Notes: generated from the sequence alone by a model not told the origin. DNA of 64,000 nt from an uncultured Verrucomicrobiae bacterium (GCA_963764165.1 CAVXRD010000002.1:3296001-3360000), one strand, 5' to 3'; shown: positions 20,701 through 28,904, counted from the stretch's first letter. A program made the numbers and translations.

Positions 20701-21983
20701 TCGGATCGCTCAGTTTGCTTGACAGGCAGAATAACGACCTCTCGCGCCTGAACGCGGATCGCTGGTTTGCGATCAACGCTGTTCAAGGCGGCGCAGCGAG
20801 CCTGATGACGCGCGTCCAAGATCCGTGGACGTGGGGTGTGCAGGATTCGATCTTCCTGTTTCTGTTGCTTGATCCATCCGCCACGACGACGGATCCGCGT
20901 CCGAATTATTCAACGTCGTTCTATGACCCGGGGCAGGGCCGGTTGGTGGACCGCACGAGTTGGGCGCCGAACGCAACGATGTTCGATTTCCGTTGCAGTT
21001 GGGAATCGATCAACCACCAGCAGGCGGACGCCAACCAATTCGAGTTTTATCGCAACGGCGAATGGCTGACCAAGGGCGTGGCCAACTATGACAACAACGA
21101 CAATGGCCAATCCTCGCTCTATCACAACACGCTGGCGTTGCATAATTGGTGCTCCGGCGGTATTCCCACCAACCTGGATTGGTCCCTGCCGTTTTGGACA
21201 AACGGATCGCAATGGCCGCTGGGCTTGAACAATGGCGACCCGGTCACCTATGCCAGCGTGCAGGCCAATTATGACTACGCGTTCGGCGATGCCACGCAGC
21301 TCTACAACAAGCCCGAGTATTGGATTCCGAGCAGCGCGGCGCTGGATATCAAGGAAGCGAGCCGTTCCATTCTTTGGCTCAAGCCGGACCACATCGTGAT
21401 CTACGATCGCGCCACATCGCACACGGCGGGTTTGTTCAAGGAATTCAATCTGACCTTCCCGAACCTGCCGACCGCGAACAGCAACGTCATCACGACAACG
21501 ACGCCGGGTGGACAGCATCTGTTCATCACCTCGCTCCTGCCGGCTGATGGTGTTCTTTCGGTCAATTCCATCGACGGATTGTTGACAACCTACGCCGATC
21601 TCGAGCCGTGCCATTACCGCATGGCAATCCAGGATCCGTCCAGCCCGACGAACTCACGCTTCCTGCATGTCTTGCAGGGGACGGATGCGAACGCCACGCC
21701 GGACGATGCAACGCTCGTGCAGAGCACCGGAGGAACACCAATGGACGGCGCGATCTTCGGAGAGAACGCAGTGATGTTTGCGACGGATTCGCAGGCCGCC
21801 TTTACCGGTGTCACATACACGGTGCCTGCGAATGTCACCCAGCACTTTGTGACGGGGTGCGTTCCCGGAGCGTTTTATAATGTGGTCACGGGAATCTCGG
21901 GCGCTGGACTGACGGTGACGATTACGCCGGCCGCCGCAGGTTTCCAAGCGGACTCGGCAGGCGTTTTGCCGTTGAGCTTCTAG
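17715..21983 (+). CDS. large secreted protein: putative-Ig and InlB-B-like repeats plus heparinase II/III or alginate-lyase-like C-terminal region
   Basis: Two LPxAxVGxPY..L...GG.PPYTW repeats, five YxLTVxxGTGxG repeats, then HPRLWITPADLPRL and HQQADANQFEFYRNGEWL. ATG 17715 preferred as start. Confidence 0.75.
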   Translation: MKSNLIDTLTLARRANRGTNGPQPNEPFRFASCFRILSLPLQFLAALMLVTNAIAAPALKITTKSLPNATVGTPYLQTLSVSGGAPPYTWAVQSGGLPSLLTLNPTNGQITGMPTASGSWVYSYPFSVYIRVADANSNTAFASYSFYVVPPSNTYYQLTVNNGTGGGFYTSNTSVAISANNAPAGQAFQQWVGAPVGSPTSASTTLLMPGSNVTVTATYAPVNQTYALTVVNGTGSGSYASNASVTITANPPAAGQVFQSWTGAAVANPLSATTTLVMPAATAKVTANYAAIPSLAIVKQTLPSAVVGVPYSQALSATGGFPPYTWNVQSGALPDVLTLNSTNGIISGIATAAGSWVFTYTNLAYVVVTDSASNTAAATFAIPVVPAPNTYFTLTVSNGTGGGFYLTNTQNGISANAPAAGQIFQYWTGPGVANPNAANTYVTMPASNITVTAVYGTAPPPPPTYALTVVGGTGGGSYVAGSTVTITANTPPAGEVFQDWTGAAVGNLLASTTTIIMPAGPVTVTANFGAPIPTYSLTVVNGTGSGNFPANATVTITANFPSSGQSFAGWSGASVASASSLTTTLVMPSNNVIVTANYGFPPPAVTNVPQPIASHPRLWITPADLPRLQSWAVASNAIYSQGLKLLADKCVYDFQTQFFPGGQPNPNYPDPGDTQGYVGLISEQYMLVLAFNALIDPSQSNRVLYGQCAHDLMMYGINQAAQGVAPNLPFRDRLFPTYNRASWTSEAWPLTLDWLYDATNASGQPMFSAQDKATIRNVFLTWASECSTAETTGGDSPYPVGVLNDPSLLPGGNAYRFAANNYYQAHARLLAMMSLSIDPADDAPLNTNQPPAQLGNTLRSYILDVTGAWLYQQFAMFGDPDAVESAYNLPATASVGLASGGLPPEGMLYGDSVRSIAEELLALKTAGFGDPALSGPQIALANNAPVWSRFVTGFISSLVPQQAVPSDESYLGEVYQFASYGDVLRMFATPDMVTVFGSLSLLDRQNNDLSRLNADRWFAINAVQGGAASLMTRVQDPWTWGVQDSIFLFLLLDPSATTTDPRPNYSTSFYDPGQGRLVDRTSWAPNATMFDFRCSWESINHQQADANQFEFYRNGEWLTKGVANYDNNDNGQSSLYHNTLALHNWCSGGIPTNLDWSLPFWTNGSQWPLGLNNGDPVTYASVQANYDYAFGDATQLYNKPEYWIPSSAALDIKEASRSILWLKPDHIVIYDRATSHTAGLFKEFNLTFPNLPTANSNVITTTTPGGQHLFITSLLPADGVLSVNSIDGLLTTYADLEPCHYRMAIQDPSSPTNSRFLHVLQGTDANATPDDATLVQSTGGTPMDGAIFGENAVMFATDSQAAFTGVTYTVPANVTQHFVTGCVPGAFYNVVTGISGAGLTVTITPAAAGFQADSAGVLPLSF

Positions 21984-22027
21984 CGAAACAAGATTGGGTC
22001 ATCGGCCAAAGTGCCGTTGAGAGGTCG

Positions 22028-22068
22028 GCCTCCGCCGTGGAGCAATCTGCGGCGGAGGCTTTTTGTTT
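22028..22068 (+). terminator. intrinsic terminator
   Basis: GCCTCCGCCGTGGA-GCAA-TCTGCGGCGGAGGC followed by TTTTTGTTT. Confidence 0.85.
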
Positions 22069-22073
22069 CAAAA

Positions 22074-22173
22074 GGTAGGGACGCCTCGCCGAGGCGTCCA
22101 GGGTGAGGCGCTCTATATGCGCAAGCCGTGGCACGAGTCCGCGCAACCGGACGGCTCGGCGAGGCCCCCTGCC
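22074..22173. repeat. GTAG-type REP doublet, family A
   Basis: GGTAGGGACGCCTCGCCGAGGCGTCC (22074-22099) with a degenerate inverted copy at 22149-22173. Confidence 0.8.
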
Positions 22174-22196
22174 GCGTTTCGCGCTCAGAAATCGAT

Positions 22197-23972
22197 TTAC
22201 TCGCCCGGGGTTGTCGGCAGCGGCACGGCGCGGTACATCTGGCTGTTGAAATTCGTTGCGTTCGGATCGATGAACTCAATCATGCCGTTGACAACTTGGT
22301 TCGTGCAAATTGGAGTCCACGTCGCGAGGTTTGTGCTGCCATCAATGCGGAACCATGCGCCATCGGGGCCGGCAAGGTTCATCGAGAACGAGCGATCCGG
22401 CAGGAAGCCGCCCGGAAGGTTGTTGGTCATGTTGCCAATGATAATCGCCTCTGCCCGCGGACCAATGGCGAAGTAGGCCGGCGGCACGTTCGTGTCTGGA
22501 TTCACTCCGATGATTACTGTGGAACTCGGCGAGTCGGCATTGGTGTCTGCCGGGATAATGGTGATGGCGGCTTCAGTCTGGCCGGCGGGGATGGTCACCG
22601 AGCCCGGCAAAGCCGCGTAATCCACGCCGTTGGTGGCGGTGCCGCCTAATGTATAGTCAATCACAAGATCGGCGTTGGTGCTGCCATACCGGCGGACAGT
22701 GAAAATGGCGTCCTGCGGCCCGCAGTTGGTCACCCATTGCCATGCAGCATTCGAGGAAATCCAATTGCTCCACGTGATCGGCCCGCCCAGATACGTCCAG
22801 CAATTCGTGCCGTCAATCGCGACGGGAGAGGTCGCCGAAACGGTGACAAACGTCGGCAGGTTGGTTGGCGGAGGCGGAAGCGGCCCAAGGACGGTGATGC
22901 TGACCGGCGTTGAAGTCGCCGCTCCGCCGTTTGACGCCGTCGCCACCGCTGTCACAGAATATCCGCCAGGCGGGGGATTGCTCCAGACGAGGCGATAGTA
23001 ATTCGCCAGCCCGGGCTGAGGCGGGAAAATTGGCGCGACGGGCGAAATCGGCTGGCCCGCTCCCAGAAAATTGGATCCGGCGTAAAATCCAACATTCGAA
23101 ACGGCCTCGTACGGTCCGTCGGCATAGGCAACCAAATCGATATTCACCGGCGAGCGAAAGACGCTGTAATTGGGAGGGCTCGTGATGCGAACCAGCGGAG
23201 GAGTGGGGGGCGGGGGATTGGTGGACGCACTGACGATGATCGTCTCCGTCACTTCCTTCATCGTGGCAAGACCCGTGTTATCGAGCGTGAAAGTTCCACT
23301 TGCTGTCAAACGATACGCGCCTGCGGAAGCGTTGCTCCACGTAAATAGATAATCGCGATCAGGCGGGTTGGAGACATAATTTGTCTTCGTTTCGCGAAAT
23401 ATCGGAATCCCGACTGGGTTGAGCAGGATGGGCGCAATCGATACCGATACTTCCGCTTGGTAATTCGATGGGACAAATGCGGAAATGTCAATCGGCACGG
23501 ATGCATGAAGTGGAAATCCGCTTCCAGACGCCGGGCTGGCGATGGCAATGGACGGCAATTGCGAGACAGTGACTAAGACTGCCGGGGAAACAAAGGAATG
23601 GCCGTTGGTGTCTACTGCCGTGGCCGTCAAGCTATGAACGCCGGCCGGCGGATTGGACCAGGTCAAAAAGTATGCGCGCCCGCCTCTCGGATTGATCCCG
23701 GGGCCGCCTGGGTCGACGATCGCGAAATTTGAGACAACGCCCAGCGGCTGGAGGCCGTCAAAAAACTCAACGAAAGCCGCCAGATCGTTTGTCGTCGGAA
23801 CAATGGCGGTGATGCCTATGTTCGTAGGGCCGGCAAAAACTGAGCCATTGGTGGGAGTTGTTATCGTGACAGCCAGAGAATTGGATTGAGCCTGGCTCGC
23901 CGCCGGATTCAGGACACTCGCAAGGAAAATGCCAAAACAGAATGTCTGGCAACAACGCAGAAGAGTTTTCAT
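22197..23972 (-). CDS. secreted protein with bacterial Ig-like repeats and a Calx-beta-like domain
   Basis: Signal peptide; three VxITxPxNxSxF...WSNxxxGxYxLTA repeats; YTLGGTATNGVDY..LPGSVTIPAG. Confidence 0.8.
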   Translation of the reverse strand: MKTLLRCCQTFCFGIFLASVLNPAASQAQSNSLAVTITTPTNGSVFAGPTNIGITAIVPTTNDLAAFVEFFDGLQPLGVVSNFAIVDPGGPGINPRGGRAYFLTWSNPPAGVHSLTATAVDTNGHSFVSPAVLVTVSQLPSIAIASPASGSGFPLHASVPIDISAFVPSNYQAEVSVSIAPILLNPVGIPIFRETKTNYVSNPPDRDYLFTWSNASAGAYRLTASGTFTLDNTGLATMKEVTETIIVSASTNPPPPTPPLVRITSPPNYSVFRSPVNIDLVAYADGPYEAVSNVGFYAGSNFLGAGQPISPVAPIFPPQPGLANYYRLVWSNPPPGGYSVTAVATASNGGAATSTPVSITVLGPLPPPPTNLPTFVTVSATSPVAIDGTNCWTYLGGPITWSNWISSNAAWQWVTNCGPQDAIFTVRRYGSTNADLVIDYTLGGTATNGVDYAALPGSVTIPAGQTEAAITIIPADTNADSPSSTVIIGVNPDTNVPPAYFAIGPRAEAIIIGNMTNNLPGGFLPDRSFSMNLAGPDGAWFRIDGSTNLATWTPICTNQVVNGMIEFIDPNATNFNSQMYRAVPLPTTPGE

Positions 23973-24049
23973 ATAACGCCTTAGGTTCGTAGAGTCTGCG
24001 AAAGCAATCTCTATCACCTCGGAGCCGCTCTGTCAATTAACCAAGCGAA

Positions 24050-24325
24050 TTATTTCTTCTTGTCCGCAGCCGCAGTACGCCGGGCAAAGATGAAACAGGC
24101 GAATGACCCAAGCCCTGAGAATTTAAAGCCAGGATTGATGTAATGCTCTATCACGTAGAAGGCGAAATAGTAGAGGCGGCAGAATGACCAAATGGCGACG
24201 GCGAGACAGATCGCGATGTTCCAAGACTGCGTTTCTTCGATGATAAATGCGACCGAGCCAAAGCCAAGCAGCAGAAAAAGCGCTGCCTTCACCTTCATCC
24301 AAAATGGGTCAACGAGATCGTGCAT
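24050..24325 (-). CDS. small membrane protein
   Basis: Hydrophobic 91-aa ORF with W.FCRLYYFAFYVIEHYI.P..KFSGL, co-oriented with its neighbours. Confidence 0.6.
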   Translation of the reverse strand: MHDLVDPFWMKVKAALFLLLGFGSVAFIIEETQSWNIAICLAVAIWSFCRLYYFAFYVIEHYINPGFKFSGLGSFACFIFARRTAAADKKK

Positions 24326-24345
24326 AGAAATTCAAGACGACAGCT

Positions 24346-24798
24346 TCACTCGCCTGTTTTTGGCTTCGAGGGTGCGCCAGTCGGCGTGATTTGCAGCGTC
24401 AACGAGTAATCCCGATAGCCCATCGCGCGCCAAAAGTTGACAGCCGGTTCGTTGTGCAGGAGAACCGAAACGGTCATTCGCCGGCCCGCCGGCCAGATTT
24501 CCCGGCGCAACATTTCGATGGCTCTCCGCCCAGCGCCAATCCGCCGCCGATGCCGGACGACGAAAAAATGCCGCAAGTAAATCTCGGAAGGGAGTATTCG
24601 GTAGAGGGCGTAGGCAACCAATTCGCCGCCGTCCTCAAACAGGATGGCTTCGTACTCGCTGTGAATCCACTCCAGCATCCGCGCTTCCAACTCGGGGACG
24701 GTCATGTCGCTGTGGTGGCACTCGTCCTCGATGAGTTGATGGTTCAACTCCGCCAGCAATTTGCAGTCGCGTTTGGTTGCCAGCCGCCAGTTCATCAC
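24346..24798 (-). CDS. GNAT family N-acetyltransferase
   Basis: FFVVRHRRRIGAGR acetyl-CoA motif A; NEPAVNFWRAMGY motif B. Confidence 0.85.
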   Translation of the reverse strand: MMNWRLATKRDCKLLAELNHQLIEDECHHSDMTVPELEARMLEWIHSEYEAILFEDGGELVAYALYRILPSEIYLRHFFVVRHRRRIGAGRRAIEMLRREIWPAGRRMTVSVLLHNEPAVNFWRAMGYRDYSLTLQITPTGAPSKPKTGE

Positions 24799-24801
24799 GC
24801 G

Positions 24802-25440
24802 TTAATTTGCGGTAATGGATTGGGCCAGCCGCATGGCGACGCCCTCGAGCCACAAATCCCGGTCACCGTCCGAGGCCAGATCATTTTGGCCCAGCACGGA
24901 CACGCCCGGCAGCATATCGGATTCGACGAGAAACAGGCGGTAATTATGGACGAATACAGCCACGCCCATTTTTGGCGCGGCCGGACGCAGGTAGATGAAG
25001 GTCAGCATTCCTTCGCGCACGTCAGAATGGTAATGGGGCTCGATCATATCGCCGTATTCGCGGTGCGCGAATTCAGTCAGCGCTTTTTCGCGGCCCTGGC
25101 TTTCCACCATTTGCATCATGGTGCTTGTCGGCAAAATCGGCTGGGAAGTAAAGCTGATCCGGCTGCCCCAATTGTCCGTGAAGGTGACCGTTTGGGGGCC
25201 ATCGCGCAACACTCGGCCGCCGACTTCCGGGCTTACCGGAACCGGCACGGAAAAGCCGCCTTCCGAGGAGGTGTAGGCAGATGCCTTGATGGAGCCGACA
25301 AGGTGAACTTTGGGGGTTTTTCGTGGCTTAGGAGGTGGCGGGTTCTTGTCCCCGCTGACACATCCGCTGGCCATCACGGCAAAACTGATCGACAACGCCA
25401 CACTGGCGAATTTGTTCGTCACAGACATCTTCGATTCCAT
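24802..25440 (-). CDS. putative lipoprotein
   Basis: Lipobox MASGC after a hydrophobic stretch; the longer ORF call (to 25785) runs through REP and ncRNA sequence. Confidence 0.65.
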   Translation of the reverse strand: MESKMSVTNKFASVALSISFAVMASGCVSGDKNPPPPKPRKTPKVHLVGSIKASAYTSSEGGFSVPVPVSPEVGGRVLRDGPQTVTFTDNWGSRISFTSQPILPTSTMMQMVESQGREKALTEFAHREYGDMIEPHYHSDVREGMLTFIYLRPAAPKMGVAVFVHNYRLFLVESDMLPGVSVLGQNDLASDGDRDLWLEGVAMRLAQSITAN

Positions 25441-25492
25441 GTGTAAAAAATGATAACTCCGGGAGCGCCCGAACCAAAAGCCCCATTTTTGA

Positions 25493-25573
25493 GGTAGGAA
25501 CGCCTCGCCGAGGCGCCCGGGTTGAGGCTTTATTTGCGCGTAGGACCGGACGCCTCGGCGAGGCGTCCCTACC
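25493..25573. repeat. REP doublet, family A
   Basis: GGTAGGAACGCCTCGCCGAGGCGCCC (25493-25518) and inverted GGACGCCTCGGCGAGGCGTCCCTACC (25548-25573). Confidence 0.85.
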
Positions 25574-25643
25574 TTTCTTAGTCCACGCCCCGATGCAGGC
25601 TTCAACACCGGAGGCCGCGAATGGTCGCGGAGGAATGAATGAT

Positions 25644-25686
25644 AAAAACAATAAGCCCCCACCCGGCCTTGCGGCCGAATGGGGGC
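25644..25686 (-). terminator. intrinsic terminator closing the candidate large ncRNA
   Basis: Minus strand GCCCCCATTCGGCC-GCAA-GGCCGGGTGGGGGC followed by TTATTGTTTTT. Confidence 0.8.
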
Positions 25687-26524
25687 AAATTGGGGGCTGG
25701 GAGTTCGCCAATCTCTCTTTCCCACGCTGACATTAGGCGCACCCAACTGGGGCTGCCAGCTTCCCGACGCCATTCTCCACGGCAAGCGGAGTTTTGCGGC
25801 CTCATAGCAGGGCCGTCCAGCGCCTTGCGGTCACTGAATTTATTGAGTGAGGCCTCTTGGCTCGCTTGGGCTGGCGTTTGCAGCGCCGACTTGCGAACCA
25901 GGTTAAGACACGTTTGCGATTTCGATTCCGCGTCTTAACCATTTTGCGCCGGGACGGCCACCGTTTTTGGCGGTGCGTTGGCCCGGTGCTACGGGTCTGA
26001 CCTCTTAACTCTCAGGTTGCTTCTTTTCACAAGCCAGCGGTGCTGTTTTTAACATCGCCGACGTTTCGGAAGGGTTTTTACATGCCTTGCCTGGGCCGTG
26101 TTTCCTTCCCGCTGCGCGCGCTCACTTTGTCCCGCCTTTCAGCGTCTTTCTTTGGGCCGGCCTTCGTTGGAAGACCGCCAGAGTCGCGCACATCGTGCTG
26201 ATCCACAGTAGCAACCGTCTACCCTCTGGGTAACTGCGATTCACTCAAGCCTGAAACCGTCTTGAGTTACTTGACTCGGCTCGATGCAGTTTCTTTATCT
26301 TGCATTTAACCGCTCAGTTCCTGCTTCGCGTCACTGACAGCGTGCGAGCGCTGCCAGAGGAACTGGTGAATCCTGCCTCCGGTCTCCGAACCTTGCGATC
26401 CAGACTTAGAGGGGTTGAGCCAACCAGCCTGGCCCAGCCTTTCCCCAGTCACCTGGGATTATCCTTGGAATGTTTGCAACTTTCTTTCGTCCGCCACTCC
26501 CACTCCAGCTCTTTCAATGAACTG
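25644..26524 (-). ncRNA. candidate large ornate structured RNA (~880 nt; GOLLD/ROOL-like or new class)
   Basis: No credible ORF; upstream extended -10, boxA-like leader, several GNRA-capped stems with minus-strand G-U pairs, A-rich linkers and a terminator. Confidence 0.7.
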
Positions 26525-26538
26525 TTAAGAGAATAGCA
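26511..26538 (-). promoter_or_regulatory. extended -10 promoter and boxA-like leader
   Basis: TGcTATTCT at 26538-26530; GTTCATTGAAAG at 26522-26511. Confidence 0.5.
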
Positions 26539-26564
26539 GATTTCTGTGGCCTGAACATCAATTC

Positions 26565-26706
26565 TTGTTCACCGAGTTATTCACTTTCGGGAAAAATTAT
26601 TCACCACCTCGCAATCGCGTAAAGCATTGCGCATAAATCATTTGAGACATGCGTGTGAATAGCATGTCAGGGTGGCCGAACGGGCAAGAAAGGGGACGGT
26701 GGATAA
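26565..26706. promoter_or_regulatory. cluster of five DnaA-box-like nonamers
   Basis: TTGTTCACC 26565, TTATTCACT 26577, TTATTCACC 26597 on plus; CTATTCACA 26662-26654 and TTATCCACC 26706-26698 on minus; 1-2 mismatches to TTWTNCACA. Confidence 0.5.
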
Positions 26707-26965
26707 GTTCTTCACGCTAAAGCCGCAAAAATCTGCAAATCCGCGCGAATTCAGTTTAGTCAAATAGAAGTTTGATTGAGCGTGGCGCGAGGGGAATCCG
26801 TCCGTGGCGTGCCATGCTTCCTGTCGCTGCCCGGGCGTTCCGGCGGCGGCTGGCCGGAGATTCTCACCAACTGCAATATCGAGAGAACGCCTATTGCCTC
26901 TAAATTGGTGTGGCCTCCAAACCTTCTGCTTGGCAGACCAAGAACGCGATGCCTAAGATGGTTCC

Positions 26966-27502
26966 GTGATAGGTTTCCTGAGATTCGTGGGGATTTTGAA
27001 TGCCGCCATTTGGTGCGGCTCCTCCATCTTCCTGATGATCGAGTTGCCGGCTGTTTTTTCTCCTGAGCTCAAGAGGATGCTGCAGCCGGCAGGGGTGGGA
27101 TTCGCGGCGGAAGCGATCGTGGCGCGATACTTCTGGGTGCAATATGTGTGCGGTTCCATCGCCCTCCTCCATTTGCTCGCGGAATGGGTTTATTGCGGCA
27201 AGCCCGTCCGACGCTTCAGTGTCATGCTCGCTGCCAGCATGCTTGCGATTGCCATGGCGGGCGGCCTTTGGCTGCAGCCAAAAATGCGCGTCTGGCACAA
27301 GGCAAAATACTTTGGCGCCACAACCGATGTGCAAGAGCATGCCAGCCAATCTTTTGCCCGGTGGCATGCGGTTTCCGAGAGCGTAAACCTTCTCGTTGTG
27401 GCCGGTCTTGTGATATATTTATGGCGGGTCAGCATGGCTGGGGAAACTCCAAGATTCGGTGGTTTTCCCACTAATCCGGGGTTGACAAAAGAGCGTTTGT
27501 GA
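26966..27502 (+). CDS. DUF4149-like four-TM membrane protein
   Basis: IWCGS..F......PAVF, LQPKM, FARWHAVSESVNL pattern. Confidence 0.7.
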   Translation: MIGFLRFVGILNAAIWCGSSIFLMIELPAVFSPELKRMLQPAGVGFAAEAIVARYFWVQYVCGSIALLHLLAEWVYCGKPVRRFSVMLAASMLAIAMAGGLWLQPKMRVWHKAKYFGATTDVQEHASQSFARWHAVSESVNLLVVAGLVIYLWRVSMAGETPRFGGFPTNPGLTKERL

Positions 27503-27573
27503 CAAACTTTAAGAGGTGAAAGCTAACGGCGTCGCAAACAATAAGGGGCGCAGTGTTAAAGTGAAAGAGTATT

Positions 27574-27867
27574 ATGATTTCAAATGAACGTCCGTCGCAT
27601 TCGGGCGGATACCGGTCTTACAGCGCTGGTCCTCCCAAACCACCAGTCAACGAAGATACACTAAGGACAGAAAAAATTCAGATCGAACGAAAGACCTTTA
27701 TTTTTACGCTGAAGGAAAATCCGCGCGGTCGTTTTCTCCGCATCACGGAAGACGTCAATGGCCGCCGCGATAACGTCATCATCCCCTCCACGGGTTTGGA
27801 AGAGTTCCGCAAAGTTCTTGAAGAAATGGCGAAGACGTCCGCCGAAATGCCTCCCAAAAATCAGTAA
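27574..27867 (+). CDS. PUR-repeat (Pur-alpha/DUF3276-like) ssDNA/RNA-binding protein
   Basis: LRTEKIQIERKTFIFTLKENPRGRFLRITEDVNGRRDNVIIP..GLEEF is one PUR repeat. Confidence 0.85.
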   Translation: MISNERPSHSGGYRSYSAGPPKPPVNEDTLRTEKIQIERKTFIFTLKENPRGRFLRITEDVNGRRDNVIIPSTGLEEFRKVLEEMAKTSAEMPPKNQ

Positions 27868-27902
27868 CGCGGCTCCAGCCGGAAAATGGCTGGCTCGCGG
27901 AG

Positions 27903-28286
27903 TCATTTGGCTTCGGCTTCAGGCTTGGCTTTTTTGCGCCGAGCCTTCGCGGCGCCCACTCGCGGCGCATCTCCCCACAAGCTCTCCAGGTCATATTTCT
28001 GGCGCGCATCGGTGCGCATAATGTGGACGATGACGTCGAAAAAGTCCAACACCTGCCAAGAGGTGGCGTCGCCCTCGACAATGCGCGGGCGCAAATGCTC
28101 CTCATCCCGCAAGCGGTCTGTGAGTTCATTTGCGATGGAGCGCAAATGCGGCTCGTTGTTCCCGGACACGATCACAAAATAGTCGGTCACGGATGACACC
28201 TTTCGCACGTCTAGGACAACGGTGTTCTCGGCTTTTTTGTTTTCGGCCAGTTTCTTGCAAAGGAGGGCCAGTTTTTTGGAATCCAT
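27903..28286 (-). CDS. rsfS: ribosome silencing factor
   Basis: KKAENTVVLDV..VSSVTDYFVIVSG, WQVLDFFDVIVHIM, YDLESLWGDA; follows nadD. Confidence 0.93.
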   Translation of the reverse strand: MDSKKLALLCKKLAENKKAENTVVLDVRKVSSVTDYFVIVSGNNEPHLRSIANELTDRLRDEEHLRPRIVEGDATSWQVLDFFDVIVHIMRTDARQKYDLESLWGDAPRVGAAKARRKKAKPEAEAK

Positions 28287-28315
28287 TTTTGTAAGGGAAG
28301 CTTAATCCAAACGCT

Positions 28316-28888
28316 TCAAAGATAAAGGCCATTGTTAGCCAGCGCTTCCGCCACCGCCGGAGGGGTCAGGTGCGTCACGGGCAATCCAGCTTTCAGCCGG
28401 GCGCGAATCTCCGAGGACGAAATCCCCATCGGCACGCCGCGCAAAACCTGTCCTCGGAATGGAGCGGCCAGTTCCGGCGTAGTCTGCCCCGGTCGCGGCA
28501 CAACCAGAAAATGAACGAGCGACGCCAGTTCATTGGCCTCGCGCCAAAGATGCAACTGGCTCGGTTGATCGGCGCCTATCAAGTAGAATAATTCCGCGCC
28601 CGGAAACCGCTTCTGGTAAGCGCGGACGGTATCGATGCTGTAAGAGGGCCCTTCGCGGTGCGTTTCCAGGTCGTCAACGAAACATTTTGTTTCACCCGCC
28701 AGCGCGAGCCGCAGCAAGCGCAGCCGCTCTGCCGCCAGCGCGGGCTTTATTCCCGGCTTGAACGGAGACTGGCCCGCTGGAATGAAAAACAGCGCGTCCA
28801 AACCAACCTCCTCCCGCGCTGCTCGCGCCACGAGCAGATGCCCCAGATGCACTGGATCAAACGAACCGCCAAAAAGTCCAATCTTCAT
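28316..28888 (-). CDS. nadD: nicotinate-nucleotide adenylyltransferase
   Basis: MKIGLFGGSFDPVHLGH, SYSIDTV, LIGAD, ISSSEIR. Confidence 0.95.
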   Translation of the reverse strand: MKIGLFGGSFDPVHLGHLLVARAAREEVGLDALFFIPAGQSPFKPGIKPALAAERLRLLRLALAGETKCFVDDLETHREGPSYSIDTVRAYQKRFPGAELFYLIGADQPSQLHLWREANELASLVHFLVVPRPGQTTPELAAPFRGQVLRGVPMGISSSEIRARLKAGLPVTHLTPPAVAEALANNGLYL

Positions 28889-28904
28889 TTCGCTCGCGAT
28901 ACTT

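Noticed and set aside
25644..26524. tmRNA, RNase P RNA, rRNA or group II intron as the identity of the structured region
   Set aside because: By eye there are no tRNA-like ends with a T-arm and CCA, no GAGGAAAGUCC RNase P motif, no domain V/VI signature and no rRNA similarity; it is also much longer than tmRNA or RNase P RNA. A cmscan is still needed.
26300..26536. Short ORFs over the candidate RNA (26300-26536, 25639-25938, 25602-25805)
   Set aside because: Short, mostly non-ATG starts, no recognisable motifs; they overlap dense hairpins.
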